Positions 38,819 to 47,870 of a stretch of 47,870 bases of DNA are shown in pieces. Source of the stretch: Silvanigrella sp. (GTDB lineage Bacteria; Bdellovibrionota_B; Oligoflexia; Silvanigrellales; Silvanigrellaceae). The notes below the pieces were generated by a model, which had not been told where the DNA came from, searched no databases, and saw nothing but the letters and a program-made list of their open reading frames with translations. Each line of letters begins with the position of its first letter. Positions within the stretch are counted from its first letter, which is position 1. Location: the NCBI RefSeq assembly GCF_044369315.1, contig NZ_JBIPMD010000001.1, positions 1 to 47,870 on the forward strand. The letters are read 5' to 3'. A program made the translations under genes and the position numbers.

Positions 38819-40402
38819 ATGAATTTAGGCCAAAATATGAAAGAAATTCATTTTTTTATTGCAGGAGCAGCAAAAAGTGGGATTTCAGCTGCTAAAATAT
38901 TAAAAAAAAATGGTGCCCATGTTTTTATTACCGAAGAAAACAAAATATCTGAAAATATAAAAACAGAGTTAAACAATTTAAATATTCCTTACGAAGAAAA
39001 CGGCCATTCATTTGAAAAAATAAAATCTCAATGCGATATATTAATTTTGTCTCCAGGTATACCATTAAATAAAGAAATTTCATTATTTTGTAAAATAAAT
39101 TTAATTCCAATAGTAAGTGAAATTGAATTTGCCTCTTGGTTTATGAATACAAAATCAATTTCAGTTGGAATTACTGGTACAAATGGAAAAAGTACAACTG
39201 TAAATTATTTATCTCAATTATTTTCAAATACAAAATATCATTCTAAAGCATGTGGTAATATTGGTATCTCTGTCTCACAAACTTTATTAGAACATCCAAA
39301 TACAAACTTGTTTTCTATTGAATTTAGTAGTTATCAACTAGAAACGACCTATTCTATAAGACCAATTTGTACTTCATTATTAAATTTACAAAATGATCAT
39401 TTAGGTCGTTATGGAAACATGGATGAATATTTAAAAGCAAAATGGAGACTTATATTACTAACAGATGATCATGGATTAGCAATTATTGATAAAAATATAA
39501 TGAATCAAGTTATCAAACTTGGATTAAGTTTACCAAAATCAAGAATTATTTTAATAGATGAACACAAAGATAATCTTGAATACAATAAAAATATAAATTT
39601 GAAAAAAAATATCGAATTTATTTATGAAAAAATTGAATCTGGAAAAACATTACCAAATTCAATTTATCAAGAAATGAATAATTTAAATTTTGAACAAATC
39701 ATGTTGCCTAGTCAATTTGAATATGCTTATGCAAAATATAACAAAAATGGCTCAATTAATATCTTGTTAAATCTTAAAAATTCAACTAAAAACTGGGCAA
39801 TTGAAAATCCATGTTTACCAGGAAAACACAACATGATGAATATATTATGTGCCAGCATAATAGCAAATCATTTAGGAATTTCTGATCTTCATATTCTCAA
39901 TCAGTGGGAAGAAAAATCATCTTCATATAAACATTTACCACATAGACTAGAAAAAATATCTTCAAAATGGGGTTTATATATTGATAATAATTTAAAAAAT
40001 AAAAATATTTTAATTATAAATGACTCAAAAGCAACGAATGTAGAAAGCACTTTAGTTGCTTTACATTCTTTTCAAAGCCCTATTCGATTATTAATTGGTG
40101 GAGAACCCAAAGGTGATGATTATTCACCAATTGGTGAATTCATGAATCACCATTTAATAAAAATTTATCCTTTTGGAAAAGCATCAAATATAATTCAAGA
40201 TCATTTAAAAAATTATAATAATAAAATTGCTGAATCCTCTCCAAATATGTTAGCTGCTGCTAACTTAGCTTTAAATGATGCTACAGATAATGAAATTATT
40301 TTATTATCTCCAGCATGCAGTAGTTTTGATGAATTTAAAAATTTTGAACACCGTGGCGATGTATTTCGTGAATGGGCTTTATCTCATTTAAAGGATAACT
40401 AA
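38819..40402 (+). CDS. murD: UDP-MurNAc-L-Ala-D-glutamate ligase
   Basis: SPGIP, GITGTNGKST, EFSSYQL, DHLGRY, NDSKATN, LSPACSSFDEFKNFEHRG; contains extra insertions. Confidence 0.94.
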   Translation: MNLGQNMKEIHFFIAGAAKSGISAAKILKKNGAHVFITEENKISENIKTELNNLNIPYEENGHSFEKIKSQCDILILSPGIPLNKEISLFCKINLIPIVSEIEFASWFMNTKSISVGITGTNGKSTTVNYLSQLFSNTKYHSKACGNIGISVSQTLLEHPNTNLFSIEFSSYQLETTYSIRPICTSLLNLQNDHLGRYGNMDEYLKAKWRLILLTDDHGLAIIDKNIMNQVIKLGLSLPKSRIILIDEHKDNLEYNKNINLKKNIEFIYEKIESGKTLPNSIYQEMNNLNFEQIMLPSQFEYAYAKYNKNGSINILLNLKNSTKNWAIENPCLPGKHNMMNILCASIIANHLGISDLHILNQWEEKSSSYKHLPHRLEKISSKWGLYIDNNLKNKNILIINDSKATNVESTLVALHSFQSPIRLLIGGEPKGDDYSPIGEFMNHHLIKIYPFGKASNIIQDHLKNYNNKIAESSPNMLAAANLALNDATDNEIILLSPACSSFDEFKNFEHRGDVFREWALSHLKDN

Positions 40403-40404
40403 AA

Positions 40405-41610
40405 GTGAAATTATCAGAAAAAGAAATACTTGATAAAAACAAACTAAATGATGAAAATTTGGAAACTATTCTTGATACTCCTAAACCAAGTACTTGGATA
40501 ACATATGGCGGAAATGTATTATGGGTTCCCGTAATTGCTTTAACAGGCTTTGGAATTTTATTTGTTTATAGTTCTTCTTCTGTATATTCATCACAACACT
40601 TTGGTACTGAGTTTTATTATGCAAAAAGACAAACAATATACTTAATTCCAGCTATTTTAGCTGCTATAATTGGAGCTAAAATTTCTTTTGATAATTTTTA
40701 TAAATATATTAAATATTTATTTTTTGCTTTTGTTATTTTAACTTTTGCAACACATGTTCCGCATATTGGTAAAACAGTTTCAGGTGCTTCAAGGTGGATA
40801 TCAATTGGCCCGCTTCCCGCAATTCAGCCATCTGAATTTCTCAAAATTTTTACTATTATGTTTATGACTTGGATATTAACGTCAAAGTCAGGCGAATTCA
40901 TAAAAAATGAACCCAAAAGATTATCAAATGCATTAGAATTTTTAACTTTATTTTTAGCTCCAATTGCTATTATTTCTCAAAAAGATTTTGGATCTACTGT
41001 TGTTGTTATTTCTGGCGCTGTCGCTATTTTATTTATGAATGGACTACCTAAAAGATATTTTGCTGGTATTTTTGGAATTATTATATCAGGTTTAACAACG
41101 GCAATTCTAATTGAACCATACCGAATTTCAAGAATTATGACTTTTTTAGATCCTTTTAAAGACCCTCTTGGTTCTGGCTTTCAAGTAATTCAAAGCTTTG
41201 TTGCTGTTGCTAATGGCGGATTATTTGGAAGAGGTATAGGTGAAAGTCAACAAAAATTATTTTTCTTACCTGAGGCGCACACTGATTTTATTTTAGCAGT
41301 TATTACTGAAGAAATGGGATTTATAGGAATACTTGTTTTAACTATATTATACTCAGTTCTTTATTATGCTATTCTTCGTTTAGTTATTTATGGAAGTTCG
41401 CATAGAGATAGACTTCTAGCTACTGGTGCATTTGCAATGTTAGTAACAACTACAATAATTAACATGGGTGTTGTTGCTGGGGCTCTTCCAAATAAAGGTT
41501 TACCACTTCCATTTATTTCAAATGGAGGAACTGCTTTAGTTGCTAACTTTTTTATTATAGGTCTTTTATCTCAGATATCTAGAAGAATATATACTCAAAA
41601 TAATAATTAA
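40405..41610 (+). CDS. ftsW: SEDS peptidoglycan polymerase FtsW
   Basis: GASRWI, IQPSEFLK, QKDFGS, FLPEAHTDFI, PFISNGG. Confidence 0.95.
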   Translation: MKLSEKEILDKNKLNDENLETILDTPKPSTWITYGGNVLWVPVIALTGFGILFVYSSSSVYSSQHFGTEFYYAKRQTIYLIPAILAAIIGAKISFDNFYKYIKYLFFAFVILTFATHVPHIGKTVSGASRWISIGPLPAIQPSEFLKIFTIMFMTWILTSKSGEFIKNEPKRLSNALEFLTLFLAPIAIISQKDFGSTVVVISGAVAILFMNGLPKRYFAGIFGIIISGLTTAILIEPYRISRIMTFLDPFKDPLGSGFQVIQSFVAVANGGLFGRGIGESQQKLFFLPEAHTDFILAVITEEMGFIGILVLTILYSVLYYAILRLVIYGSSHRDRLLATGAFAMLVTTTIINMGVVAGALPNKGLPLPFISNGGTALVANFFIIGLLSQISRRIYTQNNN

Positions 41611-41628
41611 TTTTAAGGTATAAAAAAT

Positions 41629-43038
41629 ATGTTTAATGCAATTAAAAGAATTCATTTTGTAGGAATTGGTGGAAGCGGAATGTCGGGTATAGCTGAGGTT
41701 CTTCTAAATTCAGGTTATCATATTTCAGGAAGTGATATAAAAAAATCTCAAATCACAGATAAACTTGAACAACTAGGTGCAAAAATATATATTGGACACA
41801 ATTCTGAAAATATAAAAAACACCCAAGTTCTTGTTGTTAGTAGTGCAATAAATAAACATAATCCAGAAATAATAGAAGCTCAAAACTCGAGAATTCCAAT
41901 CATACACAGAAGTGAAATGCTAAGTGAATTGATGCGAATGAAATACGGAGTCATTGTTGCTGGAACTCATGGGAAAACAACAACAACAAGCATCTTAGCT
42001 TCTGCATTAAATGATGTAGGTCTTGATCCTACAGTAGTTATTGGTGGAAAAATAAATTCATTTGAAAGCAATGCAAAACTTGGAAAAGGTGAACTTTTTG
42101 TAGCTGAAGCAGATGAAAGTGATGGTAGCTTTGTAAGATTAACTCCTACAATTGCAATTATAACAAATATAGATAGAGATCATCTTGATCACTATGATAA
42201 CCTTGAAGACATAGTTAAAGCTTTTGAAACTTTTTTAGATAAAGTCCCATTTTATGGTGCTGTTTGTGCTTGCATTGACGATCCTATTGTACAACTTATT
42301 TTACCTAAAATAAGAAGAAAACTTGTAACATATGGATTAAGACAAGACGCTGATATCACTATTTCAGATAAAGTAACAGATGGAATGACAACCACCTTTA
42401 CTCCTCGAATTTATGGAAAAACCTATTCAAAAGTTAAATTAAAAATGCCCGGCTCTTATAATCTATCAAATTCTCTTGCCACATTTGCTGTTGCTTCACT
42501 TCTAGAACTTGATATTGAAAAAATAGGTGAATCTATCTCAAAATTTGAGGGCGTTCAGCATCGCTATACTATTTTAGGTGAAATAAATAAAATTTTAATT
42601 GTTGATGACTATGCACATAACCCGAAAAAAATTGAGACTGTATTAAAGGGGACAAAAGAAAGTTTCCCCGAAAGAGAGATCATAGCTATTTTTCAACCTC
42701 ATCGTTATTCAAGAATGAAACACCAAATGGATGAGTTTGCAAAATGTTTTCAAGATGCTGATAATGTTGTTATTACACCAATTTATTCTGCGGGTGAACA
42801 TGAAATTTCAGGAATAAATACCTCTACAATTGCTCATCAAATAAAATTAAATAGCTTCAATAATGCTTCTAATTCTACTCATATATCAGAAAATTTAAAT
42901 GAAGCTGTTATTAAAGCTCATAATATAATAAAATCGATAGATCCAAATAAAGGCGCTGTTGTTTTAACCCTAGGTGCCGGAGACGTTAGACAAGCTGGAA
43001 ATATGCTATTGGAGAAATTAAAACTTGAATGTAAGTAA
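41629..43038 (+). CDS. murC: UDP-MurNAc-L-alanine ligase
   Basis: IHFVGIGGSGMSGIA, AGTHGKTTT, EADESDGSF, DDYAHNP, FQPHRYSR. Confidence 0.97.
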   Translation: MFNAIKRIHFVGIGGSGMSGIAEVLLNSGYHISGSDIKKSQITDKLEQLGAKIYIGHNSENIKNTQVLVVSSAINKHNPEIIEAQNSRIPIIHRSEMLSELMRMKYGVIVAGTHGKTTTTSILASALNDVGLDPTVVIGGKINSFESNAKLGKGELFVAEADESDGSFVRLTPTIAIITNIDRDHLDHYDNLEDIVKAFETFLDKVPFYGAVCACIDDPIVQLILPKIRRKLVTYGLRQDADITISDKVTDGMTTTFTPRIYGKTYSKVKLKMPGSYNLSNSLATFAVASLLELDIEKIGESISKFEGVQHRYTILGEINKILIVDDYAHNPKKIETVLKGTKESFPEREIIAIFQPHRYSRMKHQMDEFAKCFQDADNVVITPIYSAGEHEISGINTSTIAHQIKLNSFNNASNSTHISENLNEAVIKAHNIIKSIDPNKGAVVLTLGAGDVRQAGNMLLEKLKLECK

Positions 43039-44143
43039 GAAGCAAAGAAAAGTAAATTTGCTGGCCTCCCAAAAGCTAGACTTAAGGAGCCGCAAAGGGA
43101 CAAAAAAAACAAAAAAAACGACTTCTACAAAATGGTATATTATTGTTTTGCATCACTTCTATATTTCTATAAAAAAAATAATTCAAGTTGGATATCTTTT
43201 TTTTAAAAGCAAACCTAAATTTACTTATATTCTATCACTTCTCACTATCTCATTGATTTGTATTAAATCAGGAGTATATTTCGTTGAAATTTATAGTGAA
43301 AAAATATTACCCACTCAAGTACAAATTGAAACGGATAATAAAACAATTACAAATGAACTTTATTTTGAAATAAGTAAAGAAATTGAGAAATCTCGACTAA
43401 ATAAAGAAAAACGTTCCGATTTTATCGCTAAAATAAATTCCATATTATCCTCTACAGATTTAATTGATCAATATTGGATTCGATTGGGATTAGATGGAAA
43501 ATTACAAATTAATGCAATAATGCAAATTCCAATTTTGCTCATTGAAGCAAAAAATGGAGAACGTTATGTAATTAGCAATAATATGAAAATTATAGCAAAA
43601 AATCCTCTGCCGAATGAGTATGCATCTTTGCTTAAATTAGATGCTCCTGAATTAAAAATTAATTGGAAATCAAAAAATACAAATGTTAAAATTAAAAAAA
43701 ATAAAAAGTTAGAAAATAATAATTTAAATGAAACCAATACACCTGTAAATTTTATATGGCTTTTAACTCAAACAAAGTTCATTAATTCTGAAATGCTGAA
43801 ACTTGGAAAAGTATACTCCTTATCAAAAATATCTTGGGACTCAAATTCAGGATTTACACTTAAAATAAATCGAAACAACTCTTTATTAATTAATAAAATT
43901 CCAGATAAAAACACAGAAAAGCCAAAAACAGATTCACAAAATAATTCAACTTTAGAAAAGCAAGATAGTGATTATTTAATTGCTCTTGTTGGTGAAAATA
44001 ATATTAAAGATAAGTTAGAAAGACTAAAAATAATTCTAAAAGAATTAGGGAATAAAAATATTTTGCCAAATAAAGTTGATCTTGACTTTACAGATAAGGC
44101 AAGCTTTAAGATTCAAGGCGCTACTTCAAAATTATCTCAATAG
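43025..44143 (+). CDS. ftsQ: Highly divergent FtsQ/DivIB-like bitopic protein
   Basis: Basic N-terminus, one TM helix, and a C-terminal KVDLDFTDKA resembling the FtsQ IDLRF motif; directly upstream of ftsA. Assigned mainly from synteny. Confidence 0.55.
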   Translation: MNVSKKQRKVNLLASQKLDLRSRKGTKKTKKTTSTKWYIIVLHHFYISIKKIIQVGYLFFKSKPKFTYILSLLTISLICIKSGVYFVEIYSEKILPTQVQIETDNKTITNELYFEISKEIEKSRLNKEKRSDFIAKINSILSSTDLIDQYWIRLGLDGKLQINAIMQIPILLIEAKNGERYVISNNMKIIAKNPLPNEYASLLKLDAPELKINWKSKNTNVKIKKNKKLENNNLNETNTPVNFIWLLTQTKFINSEMLKLGKVYSLSKISWDSNSGFTLKINRNNSLLINKIPDKNTEKPKTDSQNNSTLEKQDSDYLIALVGENNIKDKLERLKIILKELGNKNILPNKVDLDFTDKASFKIQGATSKLSQ

Positions 44144-44250
44144 GGATTTTTAAATCTTGCTAATGACTTTTATTTTTTGATTGTGTAAGTTTAAAGAGAG
44201 CGCGTTCACAAAATGCTTTTTAAACATTTTGCATGCAAAGTTAAATTGAC

Positions 44251-45555
44251 ATGAAAACATCTCTAAATAAAAATATTTGTATTTCCCTTTCACTAGGCTC
44301 AACTCATACAAGCCTAATTGCAGCAAGCTATGAAAATAAACCTCCATTAGCTCAGCACGAAGATCATTTTCAAAATGACAAAGATTCTTCCCGAATTCAA
44401 ATTTTAGGGGCCGCAAGAATAAATAATAATGGCTCTATTAAAAAAGGAGTTGTTTCAAGTATTGACGCTGTAACTGCTTCCATTCTTGAAACAATTGATG
44501 AAGTTGAACGCCAATCTGGTGTTGAAATTGATTCCATACGCGCATGTATTGCAGGAACGGCAGCTCAATTCGATAATCACGTTGAAACTTGTTCAATCAA
44601 AGGTGAAGAAATTAGGGCATCTGATCTCGAAAGAGTTTCTACAGCTGTTCGAAATCAAAAACCTCCAATGGGTTATGATTTTATTCATATGATACCAAGT
44701 TCTTATTCCGTAGATGGAAAACACGGTATTCAAAACCCAATTGGCATGCAAGGAACGTCTTTATCAATAATGCACCACCGCGTTTTTTATCCTCAAGCTG
44801 ACCTTCATAATATTGTAAGAGCTTGTAACAATGCTGGCATAAGAGTTCAAAGTTTTGCATTTGAACCATTGGCAGCCGCAGAAGGTGTTTTAACAAAAGA
44901 TGAAAAAGAATTTGGTTGCATTTCATTATCCATTGGAGCTCATTTAACACATGCAGCGGTATATTTAGGAAATATTCCTGTATATTCTAAAGAATATCCA
45001 ATTGGATCGCACCACATTACAAAAGATCTTTCAATTGGTTTAAGAACAACACAAGCCGAAGCTGAAAGAGTAAAAAAAGAATTAGGAAAAGCTATTGAAT
45101 TTTCTACAAAAGATGCAAATGAAAAAATAGAAATTTGCAGTATTGATGGAAACACATCTCGCTACGTAACTAGAAAAGAAATTAATCAAATAATTGAACC
45201 ACGAGTAAGAGAAATATTAAATACGATTTATACTGATTTAAGAAGATCAAAACTAATAACTAAAACTTCAAAAGGAATTGTTTTATCCGGAGGCGGTGCA
45301 CTTCTTAGTGGTATGGCTTTAGCTACTGAAGAGATTTTTTCTTTGCATGCGCGTGTTGGAATGCCCATAAATATTACCGGTGCCACTGAGGGACTTAAAT
45401 CACCAATTTGGGCTTCTAGTGTTGGTACGTTATCAACACTTTTTGCAACAATTCATGGTGAAAACTCAGCATTCCAAACAGAAGAATCTAAAAGAATTGG
45501 ATCTTTCGCAACAAAAATATGGCATAAACTGAAAGAACCATTTGCTTCTAGATAA
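44251..45555 (+). CDS. ftsA: Cell division protein FtsA (degenerate phosphate motifs)
   Basis: IKKGVV, YSVDG...NPIGMQG, EPLAAAEGVLTKDEKEFG, HITKDL, AERVK, IVLSGGGALL, C-terminal amphipathic helix; precedes ftsZ. Confidence 0.92.
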   Translation: MKTSLNKNICISLSLGSTHTSLIAASYENKPPLAQHEDHFQNDKDSSRIQILGAARINNNGSIKKGVVSSIDAVTASILETIDEVERQSGVEIDSIRACIAGTAAQFDNHVETCSIKGEEIRASDLERVSTAVRNQKPPMGYDFIHMIPSSYSVDGKHGIQNPIGMQGTSLSIMHHRVFYPQADLHNIVRACNNAGIRVQSFAFEPLAAAEGVLTKDEKEFGCISLSIGAHLTHAAVYLGNIPVYSKEYPIGSHHITKDLSIGLRTTQAEAERVKKELGKAIEFSTKDANEKIEICSIDGNTSRYVTRKEINQIIEPRVREILNTIYTDLRRSKLITKTSKGIVLSGGGALLSGMALATEEIFSLHARVGMPINITGATEGLKSPIWASSVGTLSTLFATIHGENSAFQTEESKRIGSFATKIWHKLKEPFASR

Positions 45556-45597
45556 TTATTAATACTAAAATGATAAGAAACACGGAGGATTTTAAAA

Positions 45598-47349
45598 ATG
45601 AGTGAAAGAGCGGATAAAAATAATAAATACTCTTCAAACGCGATCATTAAAGTGATTGGTGTGGGTGGAGGCGGAGGAAACGCTCTGAATACAATGATTG
45701 AATCTGGACTCAGCGGCGTTGAATTTATTGCAGCAAATACTGATGTTCAAGCACTTCAATCTAATCTTGCTCCCATTAAAATCCAACTTGGACGAGAATT
45801 GACTAAAGGACTTGGAGCAGGCGCAAACCCAGAAATGGGAAGAAATGCAGCTCTTGAAGACAAAGCAATTTTACAAGAAGTTTTAAGTGGCGCTGATATG
45901 GTTTTCGTAACTGGTGGTATGGGCGGCGGTACTGGGACAGGAGCTGCTCCTATTATTGCACAAGTTGCTCGTGAACTAGGAGCATTAACAGTTGGTGTTG
46001 TAACAAAACCTTTTACGTTTGAAGGCAAAAGAAGAAAACAACAATCTGAACATGGTATTCAATCCTTAAGACAATCCGTAGATACCTTAATTACAATTCC
46101 AAACCAAAGACTTTTAAGCATTGCTCCACCAGAAATGTCTATGCTTGAAGGATTTAAACTTGCAGACGAAGTTTTATTAAATGCAGTTAAGGGTATTTCA
46201 GATATTATTAATATTCCTGGCCGAGTAAATGTGGACTTTGCAGACGTAAAAACAATTATGTCTGAAATGGGTATGGCACTTATGGGTATAGGAACTGCTA
46301 CTGGCCCTAATAGAGCTGCTGAAGCTGCACGTTCTGCTATTAATTCTCCATTATTAGAAGATATTGATATCGAAGGTGCTACTGGAATCCTAATTAATAT
46401 TACAGGAACAAGTTCCATGACACTTCATGAAATAAGTGAAGCTTCAACTTTAATTCAAGAAGCAGCTCATGAAGAAGCTAATATTATATTTGGTGCCGTA
46501 ATTGATGAAACGATGGGTGAAACCATTCGAGTGACAGTTATTGCTACTGGATTTGATCAAGCACGTGTTTCTTTTCCAGATACAGCTCACGGATTTTCAA
46601 ATATTCAGCAACAAGGTCAATTCATTCCTCCTAACGTAACAAATCAACCACCACAACAACAAATGCCACAACAAGCATTTGCAGGAATGAATTCACAACG
46701 TTCACAAACAGGTTTTGCGCAAAATATCCCTGCTGTAAATCCTTATGACGTTAGAAATCCAAATCAAATGTCCAATCAACAACTTCATCAACAAAATCAG
46801 TTTGCTCAACCTAATAATCAACCAAATCATTTTGCTAGACCTCAACAATTTGGAAGAGATGTTCAACAAAACTATAATCAAGGAATTCCAAATCAACAGA
46901 GCCCTAGATCAAATAATCCAAACCAAGATTTAAATAATTCTCACACTAATTTAAATTCTGGAAATTTATTTAGATCAAGTCCTCAAGTTGATCATAGAAA
47001 TTCTCTAAACAACCAACATCATAATCCAATTAAATCTCATGAAAACCAAGCTCCGTCTGCTTGGCCCAATCAACCACAAAACTCCAAAAATGAGCCGACT
47101 TCTGATTTAGAAGAGCTTACAAAATGGACTTTTGATATGGCAAATCAGCAACAAAATTCAAATAAAGCAAATGACCCAAAAGTAATGGGTGCTTCTACTG
47201 CTATTAAAAATGAAGATCATGCTCAAGAAGATGCAGCTGAAACAGCTCTAAAACTTGCAAAAGAATTATCTGATATTGAAATTGATGATTCTGACTTTGA
47301 AACACCTGCTTTTATGCGCAGAAAAGATGATTCACACAGGAATGCTTGA
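45598..47349 (+). CDS. ftsZ: Cell division protein FtsZ with a long Q/N-rich linker
   Basis: [36 protein letters not shown]-terminal [11 protein letters not shown]. Confidence 0.99.
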   Translation: MSERADKNNKYSSNAIIKVIGVGGGGGNALNTMIESGLSGVEFIAANTDVQALQSNLAPIKIQLGRELTKGLGAGANPEMGRNAALEDKAILQEVLSGADMVFVTGGMGGGTGTGAAPIIAQVARELGALTVGVVTKPFTFEGKRRKQQSEHGIQSLRQSVDTLITIPNQRLLSIAPPEMSMLEGFKLADEVLLNAVKGISDIINIPGRVNVDFADVKTIMSEMGMALMGIGTATGPNRAAEAARSAINSPLLEDIDIEGATGILINITGTSSMTLHEISEASTLIQEAAHEEANIIFGAVIDETMGETIRVTVIATGFDQARVSFPDTAHGFSNIQQQGQFIPPNVTNQPPQQQMPQQAFAGMNSQRSQTGFAQNIPAVNPYDVRNPNQMSNQQLHQQNQFAQPNNQPNHFARPQQFGRDVQQNYNQGIPNQQSPRSNNPNQDLNNSHTNLNSGNLFRSSPQVDHRNSLNNQHHNPIKSHENQAPSAWPNQPQNSKNEPTSDLEELTKWTFDMANQQQNSNKANDPKVMGASTAIKNEDHAQEDAAETALKLAKELSDIEIDDSDFETPAFMRRKDDSHRNA

Positions 47350-47870
47350 AAATAATATTGAAGAAGATTTTTCATTTTCTTCTTCAATTCTATTTAAAAA
47401 CTCGTGATCCATTATAGCTAAATAAACTAACCAAAGTAAAAATTTAGTATCTTCTTTTGAACTAAGATTATAAAATCTCTCTATTGAAGATAATATTAAA
47501 AAACCATTATATTTTTTCTTTTTCTTATTTTCATATTTATAATGCTGATTTAATATATCTCCTTTCAAAATATTTTTAAAAAACAACTCCCCATCTTTTT
47601 TACTCTTTACAGACTGAAACAAATCAGAAAAATCTATAATTTTTTTCTTAATTTCATTTAACAAAAGAGTTTTACTTATAAATACAGATGGAAAATCATT
47701 TAATATGGAAGGAATAATTCTAAAAATATTTATTTTTTTTACCATAAAAAAATCTTGTCCACACATTGAATTTAAAAAATCTATATTAGGAGGATAAGAA
47801 AGTATTGATAATGAAGCAGAACTATTTAATGATATTTCATATAAAGACTGCACATTTTTAAAATAATCAA
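47332..47870 (-). CDS. Hypothetical protein, probably truncated by the window edge
   Basis: The frame stays open upstream of 47853 to the end of the window; convergent with and overlapping the ftsZ stop. Confidence 0.55.
   Translation of the reverse strand, partial: DYFKNVQSLYEISLNSSASLSILSYPPNIDFLNSMCGQDFFMVKKINIFRIIPSILNDFPSVFISKTLLLNEIKKKIIDFSDLFQSVKSKKDGELFFKNILKGDILNQHYKYENKKKKKYNGFLILSSIERFYNLSSKEDTKFLLWLVYLAIMDHEFLNRIEEENEKSSSILFSSIPV

Noticed and set aside
44150-44416. 88-aa minus-strand ORF at the ftsQ-ftsA junction
   Set aside because: Mostly antisense to ftsA with no recognisable motif or RBS.
45756-46418. Antisense ORFs inside ftsZ, and similar shadow ORFs inside icd, the APC permease, era, rnc, uvrA-like, murE, mraY and ftsA
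   Set aside because: They lie wholly within conserved genes, have no motifs, and are explained by codon-usage shadows.

Overview
AT-rich bacterial chromosomal region; gene content and style suggest Bdellovibrionota/Oligoflexia (Silvanigrellales-like), which is an inference. The window opens on the 3' end of an IS3-family element (transposase tail plus right inverted repeat) next to a decayed ABC solute-binding gene. It then carries mostly housekeeping genes: icd, an RluA-family synthase, amino-acid permeases, coaE, a DUF6178-hyp-mnmA-rnc-era operon, surA, amgK-murU, and a reduced dcw cluster (rsmH-ftsL-ftsI-murE-mraY-murD-ftsW-murC-ftsQ-ftsA-ftsZ, without mraZ, murF, murG, murB or ddl). Three pseudogenes are visible. 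The most unusual items are: an FtsA with both phosphate-loop aspartates replaced, paired with an FtsZ carrying a ~240-aa Q/N-rich linker; an AT-hook/acidic/RHH-like/Q-N-rich protein; a ParB-like protein lacking its CTPase domain; a UvrA paralog with one degenerate ATPase site; a DnaQ-GIY-YIG fusion with a degenerate GIY-YIG; tandem P-loop kinases after amgK-murU; and a G9 tract that would fuse RsmH to FtsL if one G were lost. No rRNA, tRNA or CRISPR array was seen. All family assignments come from motif recognition, not database searches.
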